Program-made: the position numbers and the translations under genes | NCBI GenBank assembly: GCA_973895155.1 | Contig: OZ316893.1 | Location: 19,596,857 to 19,660,856 of the forward strand | Length of the DNA stretch: 64,000 nt | Origin: Marsupella aquatica | Taxonomy: Eukaryota; Plantae; Marchantiophyta | Reading direction: 5' to 3' | Notes under the pieces: model-generated | Databases searched by the model: none | What the model was told of the DNA's origin: nothing | Seen by the model: only the letters and a program-made list of their open reading frames with translations | Shown here: positions 37,428-51,625 of the stretch, in pieces | Layout of the letters: every line of letters starts with the position of its first letter | How positions within the stretch are numbered: position 1 is the first letter of the stretch

Positions 37428-40400
37428 TTAGACCATTCTAATTGCACCAATGGTCATATGAGGAAAAGACCAGGACATTCTGCATCTTAATATGAATTCC
37501 GGTACGGATCTCCTAGATATATAAATCACTATACCTTGGGCGACAAATTCATGCAGGAGATGACTGGTACTAAGTCGATTCCTCTGCTTCAGATCTTCTT
37601 GACCGGCGTCCAGATGTGACACCGGAAGTTCGCTGTGCACATTATCAATGTTTCTGACCGCATCATCTTGATCACCAGAGTCAAAATGATCTTTCGGTCG
37701 CTGAGAATTCGGATGTCCTTGATTACTATACTTTCGTTGTGGAGCTGCTCCTGGAAGTGATAAACCATCGGAATGCCTTAACCCTAAGGTTAACGAGACT
37801 CCACCATTTGCGGAAGTTGTAGCTCGAGAAACAAAGTTAGATCCTGGATATCCAGTTAAATTGCCTCCCATGTAAGCACCAAATCTTGCGCCATTAGCTG
37901 CTAGAATATCCTGATGTTGACTGTAATCTTGATCAGCAGAGCTGTTATAGTTGCCATCAATTCTACAAGGATCATGATATGGCCCATGTGAAACTGTTTC
38001 AATGTCCATACCCATGATCGGAGAACCCAAGTGATCACTGGAGTTGTGAATGCCATTTCTAGCTCTCTTAAGGATACCACCCCTCTGATCAGCATCAAAG
38101 TCTACGCTGCTTGAGGTTGAGGCATTCTGGGTCGCACCATGCGCACTTCGCAAGTTAGATTGAGTATACATTCCATCTCCACTTGAAATAGTGATCCTCT
38201 GCTGCTTTTCTGCTCCAGTCTCGGTATGTGCATTTGAGAAACTAGCGGCGCCTATATTAGGATCATCGTAATCCAGGGCTTCATTCTCTCGTCGACGTTC
38301 CTTAGAAGTTTTTTTCTCTGCAGAGCCACCCTCATCCGAATTGCTAAATTCTTCCAAGTACATCTCTTCTACCATTGGTTTCCACAACCTCACACGGGCA
38401 TTGATGAACCAATTTGAGACCTGTCACACGAAGGTTGAAAGCAAGTTATTGTTAACAATTTTCAGGTCCACGTCAATGAGAGAATTTTCCTCCTGTAACC
38501 TAGTCAAACGATTATATATCAGATCAGAAGCCTGTATTCTACTTACTGGAGCTCAGGATGTCTAGCTAGTAGTATAACTACAGTAAAAAGGGCCTGCCCA
38601 CCTCACGCATCAGCATTTATATGCATATGTGCTCAATTTTAATATATGTCTCATACTTGGTACTGCCGACGCTCTAGATATGGAATTCCGGTACGAGTTA
38701 ACGAGAATTTACCTGGCTCCTAGTGAGCCCAGTCTGTTTTGCTAGGAAGAGTTTGTCCGAGTCCTTGGGGTACCTGCATGGGCAAAATGGAGAGCGATTC
38801 GAAGTTAGCACTAGCTAGTTCGAACCAATATATATATGAGAGAGAGAGAGAGAGAGATTGCAACGCAGATTTATGATTGTTTAATGTGTAACCCAGAGTC
38901 CGGGACATGTATGTCGGATAGTTGACGACAACGGTAGGACGTGCTGTTTCGAAGGTTTTGCACGAATGCAGGCCTATTAAAATATGCTCGGTACCTAACG
39001 GTTGTAAAGTACTTTTTCCCTAGCAGGCAAATTTGACGAAGATCAATTTCGTTGCAACGATTTGTCAGGCCCAAACTAAGTATTCGAATTACGGCTAGTA
39101 GACTGGCGACAGAATTCCATCTGATTGATAATAATGGTATTCTACCACTGACTTCAGGCCCAGGAATATATGATGAGGTATGCTCTTACGGATGAAGGAA
39201 GTGCTCAAATAGCCAAGACCGCAAAACTGAGACTGCTCGTTCTGGTAGCCCTCTCTGAGGTCGCCAGGCGTGTTGCTGAAGCATGCCCAGTTGCTGCAGA
39301 GTACGCTGCTGTCGCAGTTGTTGATCAACGAAACGGAGCGAGGAGAGATCTCTTCCTGCATATCCCGGAGATGTATCTTGCTCTCCCAGTGCTCTTTTGA
39401 CTGCTCTGAGCTGCGCGCTAATGGCATCTCTTAAGCATCTGAAGTGTCTTGACATTGCCTGCAATGCCAGAGCTGTGTATGGCGTTGCGGCGTCAGGACC
39501 AGCTAATGCGTTGAATTGATTGACGATATCCATCATATTCTCGCCATAAGCCCGGTACCTTCTGTCAACCTGTAGAAAACAATCCGTCCCCGCCCAAACC
39601 CGGAATCAATTATCAATATATATTTTGAAGGAATTCATTGATCGCAAATCCATCCATTATCCTTTCATGGATGTTAGTGGCAGTTCATGTATCTCACCTT
39701 CGTCCTCCAAAGAGAATTATATGACTACTGTGAATGGGAGTAAAGCAAGTGAACTCGTGCAACTAGCCTCGATCATTGGACGTAGAAAAAAACCTTTTGT
39801 GGCAAAAATTGAACTTTTAAAACATAAAATGACATAGATACAGTACAAAGTAAGGAATACCAGAGCAATGTTATATAACCCTTCGTGACATAATAAATGC
39901 ATATGTATCAAGGGAACAATAAAAATGGACAAAGGAAGAGATAACCACGGCAAATGAATATGACCAGTCTTTTTAATAAATCTCAATCATGCATGAACGA
40001 TACTTTGCTTAGGTGCTGCTTCTGTAGGTTTGAATCTCCCGTTACCCTATCTAAGATACTAGATCTAACGACGCCACCTGATCGGCGTATCTGTCCGTTT
40101 GTGTTTAGCGAAGTTCATTGTAAGAGACGAAGCGAACCTTACCTCTTCAAGATAGGACTGCAACCTCATTTTTTTGTTCTCCAGTTCATCCCTGCTTTCA
40201 GACTGTCCATGTGTCTGAAACATAGCTTCCCGTCCTCGTGCCTCCGCAAGTAGTGAAGACGAACTACCAGGAAGTACGGCAATGTTCATCATGCTAAAAT
40301 CCTTTCGAGTGGAGTCTGCACCTACAGGGTCTCTATTGGCATGAAAGCTGGCAAAAGTGTTGCTCGCACTGGCGGACGATGGCTGATCAGTGCTCCAAGT

Positions 40401-42692
40401 TGAACGTTGTGACCTCAGATGGTCATTATTGACTCTTCTCTCATATCTTCTAACGACACAAATCTCATTGAGAAGAAGTTGACATAGTTTCAGGTACTTG
40501 CTGGCATGGCTCCCGTATGGAGCATGGGGGTCAGTGCTAGGGTTGACGAACAGACCCTGCTTACCCTCCAGCGGCTGTCCATAGTTGTTAAGTCTTTGAG
40601 CAGCTGCAGACATGGCCAAGTCGTGATCATCTCTCTGAGGGCGAAATCTGCTTAGTATCCCATTGTACCTCCCCTCGGTGCATTCCATCCTCTTTCCTTT
40701 GGCCTCCACAGAAGCTTGAGACATTACAGTTGCGAAAACATCAATGTCTGCCTCATGAGTTCGTCCATGCTCAGGCAGCTGCAACTGAAGAGCCGAAGGC
40801 TGCTGGGATGACAGGGATAGCGAAAGGCCTTGCAATTGGCAGTTTCCCATCCCAGTGGACGAATTTTGACCATCACTATTTTGGAAAAATGAATTGTGAT
40901 GGAGTTGATTGACTGAGGACAAAGTGGATGTTCTCCTTGATCCAAACTGAGATATTCCAAGCTCAGCTTGCTGTAGATGGTCGCTCAGTTGACCTGCAAA
41001 TGGTTGACTGTGCACCGTCGAATCACTTCCAGGAAGAAACAGAAGCTCATTTCCTCCATTTCGCCAACTATTGTTGTATCCTTGATTGCCGACCATATGC
41101 TGGCTCGGTACAGCAGAAGGAATTCCCTGATGTGCTAGCAGTTGAGAGCGTTGGGCAAGGGGGCTCTGTGCGAGTGCAGCTGGGTGAACCGGGATGCTAA
41201 GAAAACGCTGTTGGTTATGACTGGTGTTCAGTTGGTCGACCCCTGAATGCGACATGAGAACCAGATTCCCAGAGGCTGCAACGGATGGTTGAGACTCAGC
41301 GTTAGGGCCCCCGAAACTTGGATTTAAGCACAACTGCATGGCTTCAGTTTGCGTTTGTTGCGGGGAGAAATATGTTGTCCCATCACGATTGGGAGGCTCT
41401 TCATGACTATAAGGATCATTGTCTTGTAGACCTTCCGAGAGCAGAGAGGATACGGGGGTCCCAACGATAGGTGAAATCGCTTGAAGATTGCTGTGGACGT
41501 TGCAGTCAAGAAGGGAACTGTTGGCATACTGCGGAGCAATATTCGTCCAGCTCCCTTTTAGTGAGGGAGTACTATATCCGCGGAGTCTCCCAACGAGATT
41601 TTGATTGGGGTACAGTGCTCCAACATTCCCAAATGGAACAACTTCATCAGGCACACCATTCGAAGCAGACCCACGGGATTGATGACTGCTAGAGTGTTGC
41701 AGTCCGAGAAGCTCAGCTCCGGTTGAGAAATTGTAAGAATCGGATGACATTAGATTTGTGTTGTACGAAGGAAATATCTCGGAGACGTTTGACTGCGGCA
41801 CATTCTCCTCGGGGTAAACCTGCACAGATTCTGCAGCGGTATCTACCATGTCATTCTCTGAATGCTGCTGGTTGAACTTCGACTGCTCTTCTTTGGACGG
41901 GTTCTGGTCTGAATGGAAAATCGATTGGCCATTTCCAAGCTGATGCTCATGACTAGGTCCTGCTGACTCGTGAGTTCCAGATTCCGGCCTGATTTTCTCA
42001 TTCCTTTCATCCTGCCCACTGTCAGCTGGGTGCTGCTGTATCATTGACTGCTCTTCAGTAATGATCACCGGCGCCAATTGATTTCCACCCCACTGCTCAG
42101 TAGCGTCGGTCGATGGATCTGAACCATTAACCATATTTCGGTCGTGAACCCGATCGTGAATAGCTGCTGATGTTGCAGTGTGAAGTTGGTTATACGAAAA
42201 ATCATCTTTTTCAGGAACTCCTGTGCATTGACGTCCACCGTTACTAAGTTGAGAACTCCCCGCAGATGTACCCGAACTTTGGGTGTTGTTGGTATCAGTT
42301 CCAGTCGACTGGAAGGATGATCCACCGTGCAGCAACTGTTGGGAAGCAGCCTGAGAATGTGTACTCGACAAAGATGGGTCTTCGACAACAATCTCTTGCG
42401 GCCTCGAAGAAGGAAAGAATGTATTGACGGTAGTAGAAGCAGGTACCTGGCAACTTTCAGACTTCGAATCCAAGGCTGGGCTCAGAAATCCATCTCCCGG
42501 AACATTGTACGTGAAGGGAGAGCTTGATGTTCTAGACGTCAGCTGTGTTGAGCTCTCTGCACATCTTGTGGTCATCAAGAAAGGCATGGTACGGGTTTGA
42601 GATGATGATGTTGTTGGACTAAGAGGTGGTTCTGAAAGAGATCCCATTTGATGCATATGGTAGGATCGTCCAAGGGCTCCACCCCTTAACAT
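37428..42692 (-). CDS. BELL: BEL1-like (BELL/BLH) TALE homeodomain transcription factor
   Basis: Exons 42692-40143, 39569-39190, 38773-38713 and 38420-37428 (alternative end: donor at 37534 to a mini-exon 37398-37379). Motifs: [20 protein letters not shown] (SKY), LEEV|DRRY...[16 protein letters not shown] (BELL/POX), [26 protein letters not shown]|[20 protein letters not shown]|[28 protein letters not shown] and LLHEFVA. Confidence 0.96.
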
Positions 42693-45600
42693 GATCTGAT
42701 CCTTGTCTCCGCTCACCCAGTGTTCAATTTTTGCTGCAAGCACAAAGATAAAGCATCAAAACACTGAATTCCGATCTTCTATGTAACTGCAGCTTAGAGA
42801 ACTGCCGAGTTAAAAGAAAACCATTTGAAAAGGTCCAAAGACTCAGATTTGTAGTCTTTGATAAATAGTTTTGAGTTTTCGTAGCTACTCGTGTGGTCTG
42901 GGACTCACTTGTTCACAGATAGACTGATTCATCTTGGAGATTAGTCATTGGATCTTGCCAGATTTATTGAGATTATCTAAAGTCTATGTTACGTCAAGAC
43001 TGTCAATTGAATCATAGTTTTATGCCTCAGCTAGATTGCTGTCATATGCAACATAAGTTCACTGTCTCATAAGCTCGTAGTTTCAGTCTCTTGGATACAC
43101 AGCTACAGCTTAAAAGTTTAGCTTGAAAATTTGAAAGTAGGGCGATCCGTCAACTTACTGCATGAAAGTCACGTCAAGACTCTGAAGAACTTAACCAGTT
43201 AGAAGCTCAGCAACTCGGCTGGAACCAAATTGGCCGTAGTAACGTGCTACTCCGCAGGGACTCTTTTGTATTGAACAATGACATTACAGCCTCCTCCTAG
43301 TCACTGGCCAACAAATTGGAAGATCACCAGAAAGTGTTATTTCCTCGATCATTTCCCAGTCGAATTATCAACAAAAATCAACAATGGCTAGTAATAAGAC
43401 AAGAGGTGTGGGCTGGCTTAAAAGTTGCTCAGGCTTGCATGGGTGGAACGAAAGCTGCAGTCAGACCGTGAGTACACAACCTCAATCTATTCGTGCCGAA
43501 CAATATGTCAATAGAGCACAACTGCACAACCCTAGGCCTTGAGCTGTAACTGTCCAAATTACAAGGTCCACTGCAAAGTTTTTGGATCTTTCAACCAGCT
43601 TACGGAGCACTGCGGGACGCGATTGCTCTCGCGTTCCCTCTTGGATTGAATTTTCATCAGATTGAGAGGTACATAATTATACCAGATAAGTTCAGAAAGA
43701 CGATGCATATGCACATTCTGAAATGTAACGACTTGTAGAGACCATTGATCATATATACCTGTGTGTGCATCTCGATTTTCATCTTTGCTCGATATTCAGC
43801 AGCACCCGGATATGGGCAGGTAAACTTGGGCCATCATATCTATTCCTCGATAGTCCGAAAGCACATAAGCTGGTAAGTATTTTATACTGCACAGACCAAC
43901 AAGAGTATCAGGGTTCATATAGAAGTACTTCAAAATCATCATGTCTTATCTTGACATGCAGCTTCATCGATGTAACAGTAGCATCTCTGAAAATTCCAAG
44001 GAAACAGCAAAGCAAAGGAATTCCCAGAATGACACCAAGCATTGACGATTGCATCCAGCTGAGCTCGAAGTAAAGCGTAGAAGTCCATCCTTCGCATTGA
44101 TGCAATCCTAAGGTCTGCGGATAGAAAACGACTGGGATGTCCGGATTCAACCAGTTTGTTCGATTCAATTGATACATCATATATGTGCCTCAGATGTTCC
44201 AAAGATATTCTAAGTTTGTCTTCATCTAGGTGGTGCGTGGTTGGAATATTTCTTCATAGACTTTGTCTCTTTCTAGATCCGACCAAGACCCGATCGATAC
44301 CCGATCCCCGTGATCTCCAAGAATTCACGTTCGGATTCCAAAGGAGTAACGCATGGTGTCTGCTATTGTTGGAAGATGATAGGCGTAAGCGATTTTTACG
44401 GTGAAATGCCGTGAGTCCACCTGGCAGAAGTGTCAAGGGCCTTGTGATCGCCATTACATCCTCCCTCGCTGTGGTATCATGGCTTCTCTCGCTAGTTCAA
44501 TGAAGGTGATCTACAGGGCCATGCTGATAGATCTTGAGAGCCCAGGCATTCTTGTACGCGATCACCTTGCCTCGCAGCGGTATCCATCTCAACAGTAGGT
44601 TGCGAAGATCTATTACAGCAATTGCTGCACGCAAAACTGGGAGCCACGAACTATTTCTCGCCGTGACTAACCGTCGAGTAGATCAGCTTCTCATCAGACT
44701 CTAGTTTTTAGTTAGAACGCGGGCTACTCTGCATTCCGGAAAACCCTGCAAAACTGAAGCCCAACAAAATTTACAGTCATGAGGTCCAGAAACAGTTTCA
44801 AGCCTGCGCAAGCTGTGAGAGCTGGAGCCGCGACAGATGTATCTCCTTCTCGAAATCTACTCAGGTGTCCCGGGGTTGACAGATGAATCATCAAACGGTT
44901 TACTATGACGGCTTCTAAAAGTAGTCTGAGTCCGTTTTAGGAGGGGAGGAAGCGCCCGTTGTTCACGGAGCGAATGGACTACATGGGAAACACACCATGA
45001 CGCGTTTGGCACTACTTGGGGTTCGAGAAACTTTTTGCGTAAAAAGCTAGTCAACAAGGCGTTGATAGAAGTGTTCGGTCGGCTTTGATGATATCGTCAA
45101 AGCTTGTAGGACTCCCCTCATCGAGAATAATGAAGTGCCTCCAGTGGCTTGGGTGGTCATTTCGCTAGAGACTCTTCCCTGGCAGACAGCGAAAATTAAT
45201 TTGTAGCAAACACTGGAGCACACCATCTACTTGTAGTCGAGAACGTCCTGCACAGAATTGCCTCAGCCCCCGGGCCAGACATTTCGGAGGCAACAAGGCA
45301 TTCTCTGTTAGAATGACAGAAGAGCGGAACTCTTCAGACGCTCCCAGGTTGAAAGCTAGATCCTAGCACCAAGGGTGCGCTGCAGCGCGCGTGAACGTTC
45401 CTGAGGTGAACTTTTAGTCAGCTCAGCTCGATTCTGCGTCGATCGTTCGCGCGTTGATGGATGTCGTTGTTGGATCGAGGTTGTGGCAAAGCAAAGAGTC
45501 TGAGCCCTGGGTTCTTAACGTTAACTCTCAAGTGAACCAGGTATGAGGGATTCCGAAGCTCCGTGCATGAAGAGCATAACCACAATTAACAGAGGAGCTC

Positions 45601-48600
45601 GTTGACGATTCCAAGTGTACACCCTGCTGGCTAGGTCAGGAGTCAGTACGAGTCATTTCTCGCAAAAGCGCGCACCGAACAAGGTGTATACATGCAAGCT
45701 TCTAGCCGGGAACACCTTGAAGGCACATTAGCCAATGTGGATCTCGACGCTGCTCGTTTCATGACGATCTCGAGAGAGTTCCGGGTTTAGGAACCTGCAG
45801 AACTGGCAAAAAACAGTTGATTGCGAACAGGTTGGCAGATTGGATCCATTTCACACTACCTACCTGTGGATTGATTCGACATATGGTGAAAGGTCACAAG
45901 CCAATTCTCGAGGTCAACAAGAACCAAGTCCTGTACAGCCGTGGGAAGTCAATTCGGTTTTGATCGCCCCACTCAATCAACCCTCGCATTCCACCGGTCC
46001 GTCCCAAGTAAATTCTGCACCAAATCCGCGCAAGGTCGACGTACATAGTTCCTGCTACGTAACCCGTCGCCGATCACCAAAGGCCTTGAGTTCTCTACGT
46101 GCTAGATCTATCCGTCAACTATCACGCATCATCCCACGGAGAGAGAGGGGGAGAGAAAGCTTCGCGCGCCGGAGGGTAGCGTTTCCGAATGGACAGCAGC
46201 AGCAGCAGTAGCAGCAGCAGGACAGGGAAGACGGAACGAACGCGAGTCGCTACTGCGCGGTGCGACAGCGCAAAAGAACAGTGATCGGGGCGGGCAGTTG
46301 TCCAATCAATCAGACGAAAGTCTCACCAAGGCTCGAAGAAGGCGGTGCATGCATGCCGGTGAGCTATCTAAGGGGAACTGGTGCAACTGAGGGATTCCAG
46401 GGATTCGAAGAAGATTGCAGCCCGACGAGAGAAGAGTACTAGTCCTCAAAGGGAGGTCTCCGTCGTCGGAGAGAGACGCACGTAAGGCATGGCTGGCTTG
46501 CTGGAGAGAGATAGATGAAATGCATATGAGGTGAGATCTTATTTCCCTTGGCACTCCTGCTGCCTCTCTGCCTAGTGGTTTCTTCATCTGCTGTTCGATC
46601 TCCCGTCGCGTCGGCGGCCATCCAAACTAACCGTCCTCCAACCCTCTCAGCAGCACCCCGACCCAGGCCAGACCTGCACGCAGTAGCATGCCTTCTCCAC
46701 TTCACTCGAGCTAGCTCCCTTCTCTGCGCTAATGCAGGAAGAATTACGCCAAATGCTGCACGATGATCACAAAATCAGAGTCTGCCTGGCTAAACACACC
46801 GTCGTTCGTCGTTCCCGCATGCTCACGCCCCTCAGTGCTGGGCAGCATGCTGAAACAAAACCTTCCCCCAGATTCCCTGTACTGTACATTCTCTACCGAT
46901 ATCCCCGAAACTCACTGCATCCTCCCATCAGCTCAGAATCGTCAGACACTCATCACATTCCCTAAAACCTCGAGCAATCAAGCCAGCAAGGTGCATTCCT
47001 CGAAATCGATCTCTTCGGGTACTGTAGTAGCTGTCCTTCTCGACTGACGGGCACTTTTCCCGATTCATTAACGTCCACTATGAATGTGATGACTGTGTTC
47101 TCCACCATCTCATCAACTCCTCTTCTTCCCCGTCGGGCCTTCGCTCAATCGCTCCCTCTCTCCCTTCCTCCCTCTCGCTCTCCTTCCTTCTTCTCGATTG
47201 TCGCCTCGACTGTGCAGAAGCAAGCATTCGGGCAATCTCCCGCTTTCCGCGGTGTTCCGCAATCGAGTGCTACATGAAACGCAACCATCGCCCCGGTACA
47301 GTAGCTGTCGACCGACTCCGCCCGATTGGTAACTCATCGCGTAACCCGGATTGCGAAGGCAGTAATCAGGTCCCTCAAAGTAAGTACGTACGTACGTACG
47401 TTTGCACGTTCCCATGTACAGTACGTCGGAGCACAGACCTACCGACGACGGTACCCATGGCTGATCCCGTAGAATGCTACAAACGATGGATACCGTATCT
47501 TCTCAGAGCCGTTGTACATACGCTCGCGTCTCGGCCGCGCAAGCAGCGAAGAGCCCCGTTGGTGTGGTACTAAAATATTCGACATTGATTTTGGGGTGGG
47601 ATTATGTAGACCAGGCAGGTATATCCCCCACACCACATTGGTACGTTTGAGATTTCTGGGTCATATCCCCAAGTTTACCACGTTTGAGATTTAGCGGGTT
47701 CACTGGTAGAAGTATGATTATTTTGTAGAATTTTATTAGGTTCAGTGGAAATGATGGAGGTCCAAAACTGGGTCCAGAATTGTGTTGTTCGATATGACCC
47801 CAAAACGTATGGTGTACTGTATTTTCAAAACCTTATTGTACAGCCTAGTGGGACCACCTACTGTAAGTTTCGTCACGGGCCTGGTGGTATCGATCAAGGA
47901 ATTATATTCCTGTTGCGAGGAATACACTTTCTTGCAATTATCCCACACTGTTTTCTCTAAGCAGGAAAACCCCCTAAATATCCACCACTTTACTAGTTGC
48001 TGGATAGACAAAACTTAATTTAATATACATTTATTTTTCATTTTTCTAGAAAACCCAATTTAGTGTACTCCTTTGTTAGCTACCAAACTTTCTGACCATC
48101 TGAAGTCATACACACACGACAAACTCTGTAAATTCACACTAAATTTGAGGAATTCAGTGACTTGCTAGCAATGGGATTTGCCCTCTAGCATACCCCTGGC
48201 TGGCACAAAGTACTGTGTGGTCCATCTCCTAAAGCCATAATTATGGCAACCGGATATCACTGGCAACTGCAATGCTGTGCATCAGTTTCACATCAGTGCC
48301 GAAAAGAGAGCCATTCTCTATTCATTTGAAAGGGTCACCAATATGCTTGTCTATAATGTTTTTTGTGCTGCTATATTGAAACATGAATTCCTGACTTTTC
48401 CTCATTTTCCCTGTTTCCAATGCCCAAATGTTTGACAGATCCAGGAGCCGTCAAAGCTTCCACTACCACTTCATATGACCGTGGCACCCCAGGCTGGCAT
48501 TACAAAGAAATTGCATTGGGCAAACTTGTGATGTTTTTCACCAGTGCAACAGGAGGGCCACAGACTTTTGTTTTAAAGGTAGAGTTTAGACCACTAATTT

Positions 48601-51452
48601 TTTTAAATGAAGTCGGGAATGGAGCTCAATAAATGCAAATCCCTTGACAGAATTAACGAGCCAAGTTTAGATTGATCCTTTTGGCACCCATTGGGTTGAA
48701 GGGGATAAATGTGGGAACATTTGCTACTCCCTTCTATTTGAACATTTGCAACATGACATGATATATTTGAGTGATATGTACATCGGGAACAGAAAACTAA
48801 AAGATCTTGAATCCAGGGACAAGATTATTTAGTTTTCTTCGTTATGGCAAGGCTTCTGTGTCTTCGTTTCACTTGCTGTCCCATTCTATTTCTTTGGACA
48901 TGGACCGCATACATTCTACCAAATGGAAGTTCCAAGGAAAAAAAAATATTCATAAAATCCTTGACAGTCTATAACAAGGAGGGAACTATCATGTGGTGGA
49001 GGCTTGAGTGGAGACAACTTTTGACTCAAAATCATCCCTGACTATTATTGATAGTGCCACACATGTAATAACAAGGGATCCTATAGGGACATGAACTTGT
49101 AACATCCTTCTTTAATATAGACACTATAGATCTATTAATATTTTTCTCATTAATTTGCAGTCTTCACTTTTTAAGCTTAACATTTCAATCTGGTTCTGGA
49201 AACTTTATTATCTTACTAAAATACTAAAGGGTGCTTTTCCAAGCTGTCAAACTTTTACTTTTGGTTTCTCAGTGACCACTAGCAACTAGAAACATCTTAT
49301 AAGTAGGTTTAATAATTAATGTAGCAAGCAAATTGCCAAATCTAGGCACATCAAGCCAAAGTAATCAGGATCATTCTTTGGTGTCACAATCTTGGGGGCC
49401 TCAAGATGATCTGCGTTAACAAAACCATGAGCAGTTGATCTTGGGCCTCATTAATGGCCTGTGGGTTGGGAAGATGACGACTTGTGGGTGGCTGATCTTG
49501 GCAACCAACAAATGCCTGTAGAGCCCGATGCCTATGTTGGGCCAGAAGTGTGACTGATACCCAAGACTTCCCCACATTTGTATTATCCCTTGAACAAACT
49601 CCATTGATCTACTGTAGTTTGGCCTACTCAGGCACTAGTGCATCGAGATTCTGTGAGGGTCGGAGCCAGCATATTGTTCTTTCCAAAAATGAGCCAAATT
49701 TGATCTAGCTGAAACATTGTAGGCCACTCTTTTTGAACTGAATCAGCAAGATAGGTCAGGAACATTCTGAATATCTTCGCCTTCACACAAGGCAACGTTT
49801 GATACCTTCACAAAAAAGGTAAAAGCTTGCAAATTATCCCAGTTGGAAGAAGAATTATTTTTCTCCATGGGAAAAAACTTGCCAGCTTCTATCTCGTGGA
49901 AAAGTCTGCCACTTTTGGTTGCCACCCTATTATTTGGATTAGCCAGTTCCCCGCCTAGGCATAGACTCCATCAGCCAGCATCTGCCTGTTACTATTAAAT
50001 CTAGGGACATCTAAAGGTCACAACTTAATCTAGGAAAATTAGGCAAGGAATCCATAGACTTCTGTTCACGGTGAAAAAGAAAAAACGTCAAAAAGTTTTT
50101 GTACACACAAGGCCACCAGGTGAAAATGAAAATACGTCAGAAGAGTTTTAGGAGCAGGAGACTTGAGACGAGAGTCTCAGCGTCTCAACGACATTGACCG
50201 AAAGCTCGCTGCGTTTGACAATGAAGCCCTTATTACGGTACACAATTTAGGGCGTACTGTAAATCTACTCTGTACTTGAGTCGTCTCTCTTGAAGCGACC
50301 GTAAGTAAAACCCCCATATTATAGTAAGCAAAGCGACCCGACCGGACGTTGCCCCAGCCCGCAAGAGGTCACCGGCAGTTTCCTGGCAGCAACAAAGCCC
50401 CCGACAAACGCGTCCCAGAAGTGACCGGGGACAGGCGGTAGCGTCCAACGCCAAGGGGGGCGACATATCGCATCACCCGCGGGAGTTAGGAAGGAGTTGG
50501 CCCCAACACGCCTCTCCTTGGCTTCATTATTTTCCACAAACGACGACGGCGACGACGGCAGCTTGGCCTCGTTCGTCATCCACTACTACTCTGCTCCGGC
50601 CCTACGCGGGCCCTCGCCTCCGGCCGAGGCCCAAACGCGCGGGTACGGCGTTGACAGATTACGGTGACGGGGACCCCCGCGCTTGTGCCTGCTGCCCCAT
50701 CCATGCGTCGTGGCCTTCCTTGTTTGGACTGTGGTCCGTCCCAAGAACCGTCAACGTCGTCCGTCCGTGCCCACTTTCCGCCCTTTCTTGTAGTGGCTTT
50801 CGTAATCGAGGGCTCAGGTGTGCGTGCCTCCGCGCCTGCCCGCCTTCCACCACCTGCCTCCAAATGTGCATCATGATTTTATTAATCTGTCGCTTGCTCT
50901 AGCCCGCTGCCCCAAAGTGGTTCCGATCAGATTCGCGTATGCGTGAATAGTTACTATTCTTTCATGAATATAAGGGGGGCTTTACAAGAACTTGGGGGCA
51001 GCCATTCCATTTTTTCTAAGCGAAAGATGCAATCCTAGCCATTCATATGTGGGAACTGGCCACACTTCACTTTACATGAACTTGGGGGTATAATGAACAA
51101 AAAGCATTACCTAACCTAGTCATCTGTCAGTGGGCCCCTTGTGGGTCCCTTTTTTTGGTGAGGTGTGCAAGCTTTTTTGTCAAAAACTTAGACCTCCTCT
51201 TGAGGTGGTCTAAAAACTTGGAGCAAATGGTCGCTTGTTTTAAGGGAATTGCATTGATTACTTCCAGATCTGACACATTTTGGCTCAGGCATTTTAACTT
51301 TTGTGGAATGAAATGGCCATCAGCTTTGCTCTGGATGAAGAGAGAGTGAACGGCCCCCACCGTCTTGTAAAGCCCCCCTAAGAGCTCCATTCTTGTGCCT
51401 GGCATGTCTCAAGGAGAGCCCATGGGCATTTATAGAGTAGCATGGGGAAGCT

Positions 51453-51625
51453 CATATGTGCCACAGGTGCTAGTTTACTCCATCAATGATCAAAGAAAAC
51501 CAATGATCAAAGAAAACAGTCAAACTAATTCAATGGCTGTGGATATTTCTCGGGGAAATACATATGTGTCACAGGTGCCCATTTACTTCATCAATTGTCA
51601 AAGAAAACAGACAAACAAATTCAAA
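51453..51625. repeat. Two-copy imperfect ~108-bp repeat
   Basis: atatgtg(c/t)cacaggtgc...tttact(c/t)catcaat..tcaaagaaaac...caaac.aattcaa occurs twice. Confidence 0.6.
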
